From positions 160,001-224,000 of the forward strand of contig CAWIIB010000009.1 of assembly GCA_963836075.1 (NCBI GenBank): DNA of 64,000 nt. Reading direction: 5' to 3'. The position numbers and the translations under genes are program-made. The notes under the pieces were generated by a model that saw nothing but the letters and a program-made list of their open reading frames with translations, was not told the origin of the DNA and did no database searches. Positions 9,706-22,274 of the stretch are shown here, piece after piece (the stretch's first letter is position 1; the number at the start of each line of letters is the position of its first letter). The stretch is from an uncultured Acidobacteriota bacterium. GTDB taxonomy: Bacteria > Acidobacteriota > JAQAZP01.

Positions 9706-12326
9706 ACAGCAACGATGAACAGAAACTCGATGGCCTGCTCGACCGGGCCGTGGAGCAGATCCGCGCAGACCAGGGCGAGCCGCAAGCGGCTGACCAGGCC
9801 GGAGCACGGGTCTGGAAACGCCTGACCGCCGAAGCCGGCACCCCGATCCGGGCCTGTGCCGACTTCCAGGAACTGATTCCCGACTTTGCCGGCGGCCGCC
9901 TCGACGAGGGGCGTCGCCTGCTGGTGGAAGACCACACCCGCGAGTGCGCCGCCTGCCGCCGCGAGCTGATGGCTCACCGCGCCGGCGCCACCGCTGCCGC
10001 GCCGGAGCAGAAAAAGCGCCGGGCCGGCAGCATGGCCTGGGCCCTGGCCGCGGCCGCCGTGTTTGTCGGCCTGACCATCACCCTGGCCCTCAACTACAGC
10101 CTCTTCCTCCCCGCCACCGGCGGATCGCTCCAGGTGGCCGAGGTTGACGGATCGCTGCTCCGGGTGGCCGGAGAGAGCACCTCCCCGGTGACCGCGGGAA
10201 GCGTGGTGCCGGATGGCGGGACCGTTCGCACCGCCCAGCATTCGGGCGCACTGCTCACCCTGGCCGACGGCTCGCAGGTGGAGATGAACGAGCGCTCCGA
10301 ACTCTACGTCTCCGAACGCGGCTCGGACAGCACGATCCACCTGCGCCGGGGCAGCATCATCGTCCAGGCCAGTGACCAGGGTTCGGGACACCTCTATGTG
10401 GAGACCAACGAGTGCCAGGTGGCGGTCACCGGCACCGTCTTCTCGGTGACCCACGGCGCCCGCGGTTCGCGGGTCTCGGTGATCGAGGGCGAAGTCAACG
10501 TGGACAGCGACTCGGGCAACGAGGTGCTCCACGCCGGCGACCAGCTGACCACCCGGGCCGGCCTGGCCCCGATCCCGGTGGAGGCGGACATCGCCTGGAG
10601 CCGGGACATGGACCAGCACCTGGCCCTGCTCCGCGAGTTCGCCGACCTGCACCGCGAAATGGCCCAGCGCCTGCCGGTGCCCGGGCTGCGCACCGACACC
10701 CGGCTGCTGGACAGCACCCCGGCCGGTTCGGTGATCTACTTCGCCATGCCCAACATCAGCGAGACGATCAGCAGCGCCCACCAGGTGCTGCTGGAGAAAA
10801 TCCAGACCAGCGACGTGCTCAACCAGTGGTGGAGCGAGAACGTCTCCGCCGCCGGGATGGAACCGCACATCGACACCCTGATGGAGAAAGTGCGGTTGAT
10901 GGGCGAGGAACTGGGGCCGGAGATCGCCATCACCGTCCAGCAGGATGGTGACGGTGAGATGGGGAGCCTCGTGCTGCTGGCCACCCTGAACAACCCGGAC
11001 AGCTTCCGCGGAGTGCTGACCCGTGAACTGGAGGAGATCAGCACCAGGACCGAGGCGGAGTGCGGGCTGTCGATCATCGACGACCCCATGTCGCTCAGCC
11101 TCTCCAGTGACGAACCGGACCGGCTGCTCTTCTGGATCACCGGTGACCTGCTGGTGGTCTCGCCCCAGGCCGAAGCGCTGCAGCGGATGGCCGGCGGATT
11201 CCCGGCCGAGGCCGCCTTTGCCGGGTCCTCGTTCCACAACCGCCTGTCCTCGGTCTACGGCCGCGGCACCCAGATCGTCTTTGGCGCGAACGTGGCCAGC
11301 CTCGTCGGCCGGCACCAGGAGATCCACGACAACCAGGCGATGGAAACCCTCGGCCTGGATGATGCCGACTACCTGGTGATCGAGCGGAGGACCATCGGCG
11401 ACACCAACGTGACCAATGCCGAACTGAGCTTCACCCGCCAGCGGCAGGGCGTGGCGTCCTGGCTGGCCGAACCGGCCCCCATGGGCACCCTCGATTTCAT
11501 CTCCCCCGAGGCCACCGGCGTGGCGGCCTTCCTGGTGCGCAACCCGGCGGAACTGCTGGAGGATCTGTTCACCTCGCTGTCCGCAACCAGCGACGGTTTC
11601 CAGGAGTCGCTGGACCGCTTCCAGAACGAGCTCAACCTCAACCTGATCGATGACCTGGCCGCCACGCTGGGCGGCGAGTTCGCCATGGCCCTGGACGGCC
11701 CGGTGCTGCCGGTGCCGGCCTGGAAGGTGGTGGTGGAGGTCTACGATCCCGACGGACTGCAGCGGACCATCGAGAACATGGTGCTGCAGGCGAACAACCT
11801 CGCCCTGGAGCAGGGACACCCCGGCATCACCCTCGACACCGTGAAGAGTTCCGCCGGCCGCACCTGCTACCACGTCAGTTCCGAAAACTTCGACGCGCCG
11901 TTCTACTACACCTTCCACGAGGGCTACCTGGTGGCCGGGTCCCAGACGGCGCTGATCGAACGGGCCATCGACTACCGGGCCTCAGGGATCACCCTCACCC
12001 GCTCCAGCAAATTCGCCAGGCTGCTCCCGCCGGACGGGCGGGTGGACGTCTCGGCCCTGATCTATCAGGACATCGGGTCGCTGCTGGACCCGCTGATGCG
12101 CAACACGCCTTCCGGCATGACGCAAAAGCTCAGCGCCGGCCAGGAAGAAGATGTCCAGCAGCTGCTGGAGAGCGGCACCATCAACCCCAGCCTGACCTGC
12201 ATCTACGGCGAGGACGACCAGATCTCAATGGTCAACGTGGACCAGGGATCGATCCTCGGCGGCCGGCTGGGCGGCCTGCTCTCCCTGCACTCGCTGATGA
12301 ATATGCGTCACAACCTGCTGAATTGA
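9702..12326 (+). CDS. Large anti-sigma-like membrane protein: zinc-finger HxxxCxxC, TM helix, FecR domain, long periplasmic domain
   Basis: C..F...EDHTRECAAC, hydrophobic helix, FecR-like LTLADGSQVEM..V.VTGT.FSV; ATGA overlap with the sigma gene. Confidence 0.8.
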   Translation: MNSNDEQKLDGLLDRAVEQIRADQGEPQAADQAGARVWKRLTAEAGTPIRACADFQELIPDFAGGRLDEGRRLLVEDHTRECAACRRELMAHRAGATAAAPEQKKRRAGSMAWALAAAAVFVGLTITLALNYSLFLPATGGSLQVAEVDGSLLRVAGESTSPVTAGSVVPDGGTVRTAQHSGALLTLADGSQVEMNERSELYVSERGSDSTIHLRRGSIIVQASDQGSGHLYVETNECQVAVTGTVFSVTHGARGSRVSVIEGEVNVDSDSGNEVLHAGDQLTTRAGLAPIPVEADIAWSRDMDQHLALLREFADLHREMAQRLPVPGLRTDTRLLDSTPAGSVIYFAMPNISETISSAHQVLLEKIQTSDVLNQWWSENVSAAGMEPHIDTLMEKVRLMGEELGPEIAITVQQDGDGEMGSLVLLATLNNPDSFRGVLTRELEEISTRTEAECGLSIIDDPMSLSLSSDEPDRLLFWITGDLLVVSPQAEALQRMAGGFPAEAAFAGSSFHNRLSSVYGRGTQIVFGANVASLVGRHQEIHDNQAMETLGLDDADYLVIERRTIGDTNVTNAELSFTRQRQGVASWLAEPAPMGTLDFISPEATGVAAFLVRNPAELLEDLFTSLSATSDGFQESLDRFQNELNLNLIDDLAATLGGEFAMALDGPVLPVPAWKVVVEVYDPDGLQRTIENMVLQANNLALEQGHPGITLDTVKSSAGRTCYHVSSENFDAPFYYTFHEGYLVAGSQTALIERAIDYRASGITLTRSSKFARLLPPDGRVDVSALIYQDIGSLLDPLMRNTPSGMTQKLSAGQEEDVQQLLESGTINPSLTCIYGEDDQISMVNVDQGSILGGRLGGLLSLHSLMNMRHNLLN

Positions 12327-12569
12327 AATTTGAGGCACCTTTTTGGATCCGGATTGCGTAAGATAGAATGACCGGCAACCAATAGCGGCCTCATCGCCCC
12401 CCACGGCGGTGAGGCCGTTTCATGGGAATTGATGTAAAACCTCGGCTGTGGTTCGAGGGCAAGACGCACGCCGCTGAGAAAGCGGAGCTTACTCTTTTGG
12501 TAAGTGAGCATTTTGAAGCGGCGTGCAACGCCGCCATCGGACCTCAGACGAGGTTTTGGGAGATGGCTG

Positions 12570-13488
<919 letters not shown>

Positions 13489-13502
<14 letters not shown>

Positions 13503-14361
13503 GCGATCATTTAAAAGCTACAGCGGCCAGCTGACCCCGGGCTGGCGCCGTTTCCTGGTGCTGCCCTGGTACGCCCTGCCGCAGATCTTCAAATCACGGC
13601 TCTTCCTCTCGCTCTACCTGATCAGCCTGGTGCCCAGCGTGGTCCAGGCCGCACTGATCTACGTGCGCCACAACCTGCGGATCCTCGAGTTCTTCCACAT
13701 GACGCCCGGGGACCTGGGCCCGATCACCGGCGAGTTCTTTCTCCGCTTCATTTCCATCCAGGGCGGGTTCTGCTTTGCCCTGGTGCTGGTGGCCGGGCCG
13801 CCGCTGATCGCCAGCGACCTGGTCAACCGCGGCCTGCCGCTTTACTTCGCCCGGCCGCTGGGCCGGGGCGAGTACGTGCTGGGCAAACTGTCGGTGCTGG
13901 TGATCCTCCTCTCGCCGGTGACCTGGATCCCCCAGCTATTGATCTTCTTCCTCCAGGGCTACCTGGACAGCAACGGCTGGTTCGGCGACAACCTGCGCAT
14001 CGGGGCGGGGATCCTCATCGGCGCCGCGGCCTGGATCCTGACCATCTCCCTGGTGGCCCTGGCCGTCTCGGCCACGGTGAAACGGAAGACCACGGCCCGG
14101 CTGCTCTTCTTCAGCATCTTCTTCATCTTCTCCATCTTCGGCTCGATCATTGCCGAGGGCATGGGCCTGGTCTGGGGACAGACCCTGAACATCATGGGCA
14201 TGGCCTGGCTGGTCAACTCCGGACTGCTGGCCGTGCCGGTGCCGCCCCACGCCCACTTCCCGCCCATCTGGGCCGGCTGGGTCACCCTGATCGTGGTCTG
14301 TACGGTGTCGGTCCGCATGCTGTTCAACAAGGTCAGGGCCTACGAGGTGGTGCGCGGATGA
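13489..14361 (+). CDS. ABC-2 type permease
   Basis: About 6 TM segments; LYFARPL.R.EYVLGKL. Confidence 0.8.
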
Positions 14362-15320
14362 ACGAACAGCGGGACAACACCGGGCGCCTGATCATCCTCG
14401 AGGACATCTCCAAGTTCTACGGCGAGGTGCTGGGGGTGAACCAGGTGAACCTCTGTATCCCGCCGGGGATCACCAGCCTGGTGGGCCCCAACGGCTCGGG
14501 CAAGACCACCCTGATGAACCTGATGACCGGGCTGATCCGGCCCACCCGCGGCTCGGTGAGCTACCCCGGCCAGCGGGATGCCGACCCGGAGACGCTGTTC
14601 CGCCGGGTGGGCTACTGCACCCAGTTCGACAGCTTCCCCCGGGGGATGACCGGCGAACGGTTCCTGCTGGCCTACCTCGGTCTGCACGGTTTCCACAGCG
14701 CCGACGCCCGCCGGCTGGCCGGCCAGGCGCTGGAACGGGTGCGGCTCAGCGACGCCGCCGGAAGAAAGATCGCCGGCTACAGCAAGGGCATGCGCCAGCG
14801 GATCAAACTGGCCCAGTCGATCTGCCACCACCCGGAAGTGATGATCCTCGACGAACCGCTGAACGGCCTCGACCCCATGGTCCGCTCCGAGATCATCGAC
14901 CTCTTCCGCGAGCTGGCCGCCGAGGGCCGGCACCTGATCATCTCCAGCCACATCCTGCACGAGGTGGACCAGATCTCGGACCACGTGGTGATCCTCAACC
15001 AGGGCTACGTGGTGGCCGAGGGTGACATCCGCGGCCTGCGCGACGACATCAAGACCCACCCGATGCAGATCCTGATCCGCTGCGACCGTGCCGCCGAACT
15101 GGCGGCCAGGGTGCTGCAGCAGGACCATGTGGTGGAGATCAAGATGCACGACGACCGGGGCGGCCTGCTGGTGAGCACCCGCGACGCCGCCGGCTTCTAC
15201 CTGGCGCTGAACCGCATCGTGATGGAGGACCAGGTGACCATCCAGACGGTGACCCCGGCCGATGAGGACGTCCACGCGGTCTACCAGTACCTGGTGGGCT
15301 ACGAGGAGGGCGGCTCATGA
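14358..15320 (+). CDS. ABC transporter ATP-binding protein
   Basis: [27 protein letters not shown]. Confidence 0.92.
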   Translation: MNEQRDNTGRLIILEDISKFYGEVLGVNQVNLCIPPGITSLVGPNGSGKTTLMNLMTGLIRPTRGSVSYPGQRDADPETLFRRVGYCTQFDSFPRGMTGERFLLAYLGLHGFHSADARRLAGQALERVRLSDAAGRKIAGYSKGMRQRIKLAQSICHHPEVMILDEPLNGLDPMVRSEIIDLFRELAAEGRHLIISSHILHEVDQISDHVVILNQGYVVAEGDIRGLRDDIKTHPMQILIRCDRAAELAARVLQQDHVVEIKMHDDRGGLLVSTRDAAGFYLALNRIVMEDQVTIQTVTPADEDVHAVYQYLVGYEEGGS

Positions 15321-16183
15321 GCACGAATGGCGGCGATCTCCAGCTGACCCGGCCGCCGGCGCCCCCCGGCTCGCTGGAGCTGCGCATCGACCAGCTGCGG
15401 ACCCTGGTCCCCCTGGAGTTGAAACGGAACTTTCTCCGCTCGCGGGTCTTTGTCCTTTTTCTGCTCTCCGCGCTGCCGGTGGTGCTGATGCTGATCAGGG
15501 CGCTCTTCCCGCACGAGGACATCGCCGCCGACCTGGGCGTGGGCAGCCTGTTCTACGCCGTGGTTTTCCAGACGTTCATCATCCGCTTCGTGGTCTTCTT
15601 CGGCTGCCTGGCCGTCTTCACCGAGCTGTTCCGCAGCGAGGTGGCCGACCAGACCCTGCACTACTACTTCCTCACCCCCATGCGGCGGGAGCTGCTGGTG
15701 CTGGGCAAGTTCATCTCCGGGCTGTTGACCACCATCATCGTTTTCAGCGGCATGGTGCTCCTCTCCTACCTGCTGATGCTGGCGCCCCACGGCCAGCGCG
15801 AGGCCATGGACTTCATGCTCGACGGCCCGGGGATGAACCACCTGATCGGCTACCTCGGAGCCACCTGGCTGGCCTGCGTGGGCTACGGCGCCATCTTCAT
15901 GGCCCTGGCCCTCTTCTTCAAGAACCCGGTGATCCCGGCGGCGCTCTTCTTCGGCTGGGAGTGGATCAACTTCTTCCTCCCCGAGCTGCTGAAGAAGATC
16001 AGCGTGGTCCACTACCTGGAATCGCTGATGCCGATCTCCATCGACAAGGGGCCCTTTGCCCTGATCGTCGACCCGTCCCCCATCTGGGTCGCCATCCCCG
16101 GCCTGCTGGTCCTGGCCGCGGCCTCGCTGGTCTTCTGCGCCCTGGCCATCCGGCGGATGCAAATCAGGTATGAAAGCAGTTGA
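15317..16183 (+). CDS. ABC-2 type permease
   Basis: Multiple TM segments; [18 protein letters not shown]. Confidence 0.8.
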   Translation: MSTNGGDLQLTRPPAPPGSLELRIDQLRTLVPLELKRNFLRSRVFVLFLLSALPVVLMLIRALFPHEDIAADLGVGSLFYAVVFQTFIIRFVVFFGCLAVFTELFRSEVADQTLHYYFLTPMRRELLVLGKFISGLLTTIIVFSGMVLLSYLLMLAPHGQREAMDFMLDGPGMNHLIGYLGATWLACVGYGAIFMALALFFKNPVIPAALFFGWEWINFFLPELLKKISVVHYLESLMPISIDKGPFALIVDPSPIWVAIPGLLVLAAASLVFCALAIRRMQIRYESS

Positions 16184-16201
16184 TTCCACCCGGAGGAGCC
16201 G

Positions 16202-17707
16202 ATGCCCGCTCATCTCGCTCGCCGACTGATCACAGTCATCGTCGGCATTTTATTTGCGACGCTGCTCGCTCCGTCCTGCCGTTCCACTGATCCGGTACGG
16301 AACCAGGCCCTGATGACGGTGGCCGATCAGCCGGTGTCGATTGCCGTGGCGGAGGCCGCGATCATCGCCGCCATGGAGAAAGCCGACGTGGCCGGCCTCT
16401 CCTGCGCCGTGATCAACGATGCCCGGGTGGTGCACACCGCCCAGTTCGGCGTGCGGGACCGGGAGACCGGGTTGCCGCCGGACAAGGACACGGTGTTCGC
16501 CGCTGCATCGTTCAGCAAGACTGTCTTTGCCTGGCTGTTGCTCCTGCTGTCCGAAGACGGGCTCATCGACCTTGACCGGCCGCTGCACGAGTATCTCGAC
16601 CGGCCATTGCCGGAATTCCCGGCATACGCCGACCTGGCCGGTGACGAGCGGTGGAAGCTGCTCACCGCCCGCACAGTGCTGGGGCACACCACCGGCTTGC
16701 CCAACTGGCGGTTCTTCACCGATGACGGGCGGCTCACCTTCCTCGCCGATCCCGGCGCACGGTTCGGCTACTCGGGAGAGGGCATATCCCTGCTGCAGCT
16801 GGTGGTGGAGGAGATCACCGGCCGCGGCCTGGAGGAATTGGCCCGGGAGCGGATCTTCTCCCCGCTCGGCATGACCCGGACCAGCTACCTCTGGCAGGAG
16901 GCGTGGGAGGAGAACCATGCCCGGCCTCACGACCTCTGGGGCCGCCCGAAAAAACTGAAGCGCCATGAGATGGCTGCTGCGGCCGGGTCGATGTTTACCA
17001 CCGCCGCCGACTACGGCCGGTTTCTTGCAGCCCTGATCGATGAAGATGCACCGCATCGCAGGACGGCACAGATCATGTTCGCCCAGCAGGTGCGGATCCA
17101 CAGCGAGCGGATGTTCGGTCCGCGTACCGAAAGCGAAACGGACGAAAACGATGACATCAACCTCGGGTGGTGTCTCGGCTTCGGCCGCTTCGACACGCCC
17201 TATGGCCGTGCCATTTTCCACACCGGCCACGACACGGGCTGGCAGAACTACACCGTAACCTATCCGGACCGCGGTGTGGGTGTGGTGCTGCTCAGCAATT
17301 CCGACGCCTTTGAAAGTGTGGCCGCAGAAATCGTCCCCGCCCTGATCGGCGACAGCTGGTCGCCCTTCCAATGGCTGGGGTACGAACCTTTCGACCCCGA
17401 GACCCGGCCCGACCCACCGCCCCCCAGGGTTCGGATGGAAGCCGACCCTGCCACATTCGTCCCCTGCCCCGGCGCCTACCGGCTGCCGGACGGCAAGCTG
17501 GTCACGGTGTCGCTCATTGACGGAAGCCTCTGGATCGCCAAACAGGGCGAGGAGCCCGAGGAACTGGTCCCCATGGCCGGCGGGCGCTTCTTCATCGAGG
17601 GCAACGACCCGCTCTTTTCCTTCCCCGTGGACAACAGCGGCGAAGTGAGCACAATGCTGGTCCACATCGAGGGGATGGACCTGCCGCTGCCGAGGGTGGC
17701 GGAATAG
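16202..17707 (+). CDS. Serine hydrolase, beta-lactamase/PBP family, probable lipoprotein
   Basis: SxxK (ASFSK), FGYSGEG, HTG; LLAPSC lipobox-like signal. Confidence 0.85.
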   Translation: MPAHLARRLITVIVGILFATLLAPSCRSTDPVRNQALMTVADQPVSIAVAEAAIIAAMEKADVAGLSCAVINDARVVHTAQFGVRDRETGLPPDKDTVFAAASFSKTVFAWLLLLLSEDGLIDLDRPLHEYLDRPLPEFPAYADLAGDERWKLLTARTVLGHTTGLPNWRFFTDDGRLTFLADPGARFGYSGEGISLLQLVVEEITGRGLEELARERIFSPLGMTRTSYLWQEAWEENHARPHDLWGRPKKLKRHEMAAAAGSMFTTAADYGRFLAALIDEDAPHRRTAQIMFAQQVRIHSERMFGPRTESETDENDDINLGWCLGFGRFDTPYGRAIFHTGHDTGWQNYTVTYPDRGVGVVLLSNSDAFESVAAEIVPALIGDSWSPFQWLGYEPFDPETRPDPPPPRVRMEADPATFVPCPGAYRLPDGKLVTVSLIDGSLWIAKQGEEPEELVPMAGGRFFIEGNDPLFSFPVDNSGEVSTMLVHIEGMDLPLPRVAE

Positions 17708-17772
17708 CCCCACCACTGCAATCCATATTCACCCGTGCCGGTGAAAGAGTGGGACTGCGGCTTCGTCTGCGG

Positions 17773-18243
17773 TCAGGACGTGTCGCCGAGGGCTGGCGGG
17801 GTCACCCCCAGCAGGCGGAGATAGGTCACCAGCTGCCCCCGGTGATGGCATTCATGGGGCATGGTGGTCAGGATCACGTTGCTCAGACTCATCTGGGGCG
17901 AGAAGATCGGATTGGGGCCGATGGGCTCCAGCAGACGCTCCTCGGTCAGATCCTCGATCAGTTTCAGCAGCCGCGTGCGGGTAAAGTCAAGGTAGGCCAG
18001 CGCCTCTTCCACCGTCTTTTCCGGCCGGTCGGTGAACACGTCGACGGCCCAGCTGCCGTCCCTGATCCCCAGGTAGAGGAAGTCATCGAACGCACCGATG
18101 TGCGACAGTTGCCCGGCGATGGTGCGCATATCCTCCTGCGGCCGGAAATCGCCCTGGTCCCTGGGGATCGCAGTAAAGAGATGCGAGCTGAAATACCGTT
18201 CCATGATCAGGGTTCGGGAAAGATCTGTCTGGCCGATCGCCAT
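17773..18243 (-). CDS. DinB/YfiT family metalloprotein
   Basis: DFRP...MRT....HI and HECHHRGQLVTYLRLLG.TPP. Confidence 0.85.
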   Translation of the reverse strand: MAIGQTDLSRTLIMERYFSSHLFTAIPRDQGDFRPQEDMRTIAGQLSHIGAFDDFLYLGIRDGSWAVDVFTDRPEKTVEEALAYLDFTRTRLLKLIEDLTEERLLEPIGPNPIFSPQMSLSNVILTTMPHECHHRGQLVTYLRLLGVTPPALGDTS

Positions 18244-18375
18244 ATTCCGCCTCTTCCGGCAAGTGGTTCAGGAACCTGGTGGATGAGAGTGCGCTGAGGT
18301 CATAAACGAATGGATATGCCCAGAGTCAGCACCGGGAACCGGCAAAGTCTATCCTCAGCAAAAAATGATGTCAAA

Positions 18376-20253
18376 TCAGGGTTCCGGCGGCCCGGGAGGT
18401 GAACCGCTCCGCTGGTCGTATTCAGCAAAACTGTTCAGGGCCGTGGTTTTGAAATAGTCCGCCTCTTCCGGACTGGAGGCCATCCGGTCCAGCTTCCCCA
18501 GCACCTCCTCGGCCTCGCCCCGGCGCCCGAGCCAGGCCAGGGCCACCATCTGGCGCAGCAGCAGGGTCACGGTGTCGCCGGTGCGCCGGGCCTGTTCCCG
18601 GTAGTCGCGCAGTGCCCGCTCCTCGTCTCCCAGACGTGACCAGGCGTTGCCCCGCCGCAGGTAGAGTTCGTTGGCCGAGGACTCCGGGTGCTCGATCAAC
18701 GGGGTGATGAAGGCCGGCACCTCGTCCCAGCGCTGCTGGATCTCCAGGTTGGCCACGTGGGCCAGCAGGTCGCGCTGCAGCTCGGGGAAACTGGCCCGCG
18801 AAAGATTCTCCAGCAGCCACCTGGACTTGGATTCGCACAGCTCGCGGAACGCGCGCATCTCCAGCTCGACGATTTTCTGCTGGTCCAGGTCGTCGGTGCG
18901 CATGGTGCAGACCCGGCCCATGGTCTGGTATTGCTCCTCGTATTCCTCGAAATAGCCCCGCTCCCGGGCCCAGTCCCCCACCCTGGTCCCGGGGTAGGGG
19001 ACCACGATGAAGCCCTTGAAGAAATGGGGGTTGATGCACTTGATGGTGTGCACCGTCCTGAGGAAACCCTGCTCTGTGTCGCCGGGCAGGCCCACCAGGA
19101 AAAAGAGAAAGACGTTGATCTTCAGGTCCCGGCACTGCGCGACGATCTCGGCGATGCGGGCCGGCTCGGTGAACGGCCGTCCGTTCTTCCGGCTCACCTC
19201 CTCCGAAGCGGTCTCCAGGCCGAGGTTGATCTCCATGCAGCCGCTGCGGGCCATCTCCCGGAGCAGCTCCTGGTCCAGGTGGTCCGGCCGTGTTTCGGCG
19301 ATCCAGTTCAGGGGACGGCCGTGCTTTTTCACCAGCTCGCGGATGGCGGCCAGCAGCTCGCGCACCCTCTCCCGGTCGGCGGTGAACAGCGGGTCCCGGA
19401 AGACCACCTGGGACGCCCCGAACCTGGTCATCAGGTTGTCCAGCTCGCCGGCCACGTTCCCCACGCTGCGAAAGCGCAGCTTCTTCCCGTGACCCAGCGG
19501 GTAGGCGCAGTAGTGGCAGCGGTAGTAGCAGCCGCGGCTGGAGAGCACCGAAAAGATCGGCTCCTCCCGGCCGGTGGTGGTCTGCATTGTGTAGCCGTCG
19601 AGATCGATGAGGCTCCAGTCGGGATAGGGGAGCAGGTCGAGATTGCCGAGGAAGAAGGGCACCGCCCCGGTCTCCGGCCCGGTCCGGCCATCGCGAGGAG
19701 CCGGCACCACACCCGGCAGGGTTTCCGGGTCCCGGCCGCAGACCAGGTCGATCAACGGGACCTCGGCTTCCCCCACGATCAGCCCGCAGAGCGGGACGGC
19801 CCGCTCGCGGTCCCGGTCGCTGACGGTGGCCAGGTACGGGCCGAAGAGGTAGACCGTGGCGCGGGGCGCGGCCTGCCGGATCCGTTTCACGAAATCGAGG
19901 TCGTTGAGGAAATTGGGATAGCTGGTGCGGATGGCCACCAGGTCGAACTGCCCGGGGTTCACCTGCTCCAGGTCCACCGGCCGGCCGCAGGAATCGAGCA
20001 CCTCGACCCTGGCCTCCAGCGTCTTGAGGCAGGTGGCGCTGTACAGGAAATCCATCGGCGGGTAGTTCGGCTGCTCCTGCCTGGGAAAGGCCATCCCGTA
20101 ACCGCCGTTGCAGTCCCGGTTGCAGCTGGTCTCGGGGGGGTCGGGCGGGTTGACCAGCAGGATGGAGTGCCGCGGCGAACGGCCCCGGAACAGATCCTCC
20201 GGGAGGGTGTCCGGCCCGCTGTCCTCCGCTGTCCTGCCGTGGTTCCGGTTCAT
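18376..20253 (-). CDS. B12-binding radical SAM protein with C-terminal TPR-like helices
   Basis: ILLVNPP/YPP N-domain, SSRGCYYRCHYC (CxxxCxxC), LGLET, FFLVGLPGDT. Confidence 0.85.
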   Translation of the reverse strand: MNRNHGRTAEDSGPDTLPEDLFRGRSPRHSILLVNPPDPPETSCNRDCNGGYGMAFPRQEQPNYPPMDFLYSATCLKTLEARVEVLDSCGRPVDLEQVNPGQFDLVAIRTSYPNFLNDLDFVKRIRQAAPRATVYLFGPYLATVSDRDRERAVPLCGLIVGEAEVPLIDLVCGRDPETLPGVVPAPRDGRTGPETGAVPFFLGNLDLLPYPDWSLIDLDGYTMQTTTGREEPIFSVLSSRGCYYRCHYCAYPLGHGKKLRFRSVGNVAGELDNLMTRFGASQVVFRDPLFTADRERVRELLAAIRELVKKHGRPLNWIAETRPDHLDQELLREMARSGCMEINLGLETASEEVSRKNGRPFTEPARIAEIVAQCRDLKINVFLFFLVGLPGDTEQGFLRTVHTIKCINPHFFKGFIVVPYPGTRVGDWARERGYFEEYEEQYQTMGRVCTMRTDDLDQQKIVELEMRAFRELCESKSRWLLENLSRASFPELQRDLLAHVANLEIQQRWDEVPAFITPLIEHPESSANELYLRRGNAWSRLGDEERALRDYREQARRTGDTVTLLLRQMVALAWLGRRGEAEEVLGKLDRMASSPEEADYFKTTALNSFAEYDQRSGSPPGPPEP

Positions 20254-20491
20254 CACACATTCCTTTCCCGCTTCTCCGCTGCCTTCACCCGGACATGGCC
20301 CGTCCGGAGCCATAATCTACCATAGAAAATCGTGCACGATACAGGTAACACCACCCTCGCCCACCCGGATGCTCGATTCACCGCAGCGGCCGGATTATAA
20401 TGGCCGGGTGAACCGACGGCCGTGGTACAGCACAACTCCGGGGACCATACCGGTCTCCCGGACTTTCCCAGGCCGATCAGGACCGGGCGCC

Positions 20492-21454
20492 ATGAAAAAC
20501 GAAACAGACGGGACGGATACCGGGATTCAGGCCACCGCCCGGGACCTGCTGGGGGCCGCCAGGTCGGCCCTGGAAAGCGGAGACCAGCACGGGGCCTTCC
20601 AGTTGCTGAATCGGGCCAAGGCCCTCAAGGCACCGCTGGAGGGAGTGGACCAGTTGCGGGGCAGGATCCTCTTCCGGGCCAAACAGCCGCTGGCCGCCCG
20701 GGAGGTTCTCCTGGAGGAGCTCCGCTACTTCCCCGGCAACAGCGAGGCCAAAGCTCTCCTGGCCCGCATCGAGGCCGCCCTGCCGGCCCTTCTCGAGCCC
20801 ACCTTATCCGGCGAGGAGTTCCGTGAGCTGTACCGGGCGATCCGGCCCTACACCATGCTCGGAGAAAAACGGCTCCACAACCTCTACACCATGGCCAGAA
20901 AGATCTGCGAGAGGGACCTCCCGGGCAATTTCGTCGAGTGCGGCGTGGCCGCCGGCGGGGCCTCGGCCCTGCTGGCCGCCGTGATCGCCAGGCACTCCAC
21001 CTCGGAACGACGCCTCTTCGCCTGTGATTCCTTCGAAGGGATGCCGGTTCCTTCGGAGCTGGACAAAAACCGGGGGGTCGATGCCGAGGAGAGCGGCTGG
21101 GGCACCGGGACCTGCGCCGCCCCGGTGGAGAGCCTGCGGGAGATCTGCGCCACCCTGGGTGTGACCCACCTCGTTGAACCGGTTGAAGGATACTTCGAAA
21201 CAACGCTTCCCGCACACGCGGAACGGATCGGCGCCATCGCGCTGCTGCACCTCGACAGTGACTGGTACGAGTCGACCCGGACCGTCCTCGACAGCCTCTA
21301 TGACCGCATCGCCGGCCAGGGGTTCGTCCAGCTGGACGACTACCATTTCTGGGAAGGTGTGGGCCAGGCGTTCCACGAGTTCGAACAGCGGCGGGGCCTG
21401 TCCCACCAGATCAAAGAGATCGACGGCACCGGTGTCTGGTTCGAGAAACCCTGA
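20492..21454 (+). CDS. TylF/MycF-family O-methyltransferase with N-terminal TPR-like region
   Basis: PGNFVECGVAAGG, DSFEGMP, G.FETTLP, LHLDSDWYEST, DDY..W.G. Confidence 0.88.
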   Translation: MKNETDGTDTGIQATARDLLGAARSALESGDQHGAFQLLNRAKALKAPLEGVDQLRGRILFRAKQPLAAREVLLEELRYFPGNSEAKALLARIEAALPALLEPTLSGEEFRELYRAIRPYTMLGEKRLHNLYTMARKICERDLPGNFVECGVAAGGASALLAAVIARHSTSERRLFACDSFEGMPVPSELDKNRGVDAEESGWGTGTCAAPVESLREICATLGVTHLVEPVEGYFETTLPAHAERIGAIALLHLDSDWYESTRTVLDSLYDRIAGQGFVQLDDYHFWEGVGQAFHEFEQRRGLSHQIKEIDGTGVWFEKP

Positions 21455-22274
21455 GCCACGGCACACAACAGCTCGGTACGGTATACAACCAGCCGTCTTC
21501 ACACCCCAACGCCATTCGTAAGTGAAAAACCCGCCCTCCTATCCCCAGGAAAAGACATGCGATACGGTACATAGAGAATAGTTTTCATACTACTGCGAAT
21601 TGATTACATACGGAAACAATGTGCGCTCCCTCAACCGCACATTGTTTTCCATCAAAAGCCTTTATATATCCAAGCTTTACAAGAATAACATTGTGCGATC
21701 CCCACCCGGGCTCCCCAACGACCCATGGAACAGAAATTGCACGGCATTCGGACAGCATTTATTTTGCAGCCAGCAATACTCGAACTTGGTTGCAAATCAG
21801 GACTCTCAATGTTTCAGTCATGAGCAAGGACCACAGGCCCAGGTGGGTGTTGTCCCGTAAGGGTGGTCCTTCTGGTGATATCTGTGTAAATTATTTAATT
21901 ATAACAGCTTAGTTAAGCTCAAGAATGAACCAAACGATTCGGATCCCCTCAAAAATCAATTCTCCCCGGGTGTCGGCAAGAGGAATGTCGATCTTTATCC
22001 AGCTGCGTTCCCGGATGATTCCTGACATTACCCTAAATTACCTTCACTATCGATATAGCCATGATAGGAAAAATCGCTCTGAACAACTGTTTTGCCTGCG
22101 ATTTATTGACATACCTCACCTGCGTTCGTCGCGGGTGCGGGAAAGGAGGTGAGAGACGGACCAACCCAGTAACGAAATTGGCCATGGACGGCCAAGGCGC
22201 TGGTGAACACCGAAAAGCATCAGCATCGTTCGTCCCGCTTTTTTTACACTGATTGATGAAGGGAGATCCGACTC

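Noticed and set aside
9579-11918. Long antisense ORFs (also 57006-59441, 55297-57234, 32829-34553)
   Set aside because: These are shadow ORFs of real genes in high-GC DNA and have no recognisable motifs.
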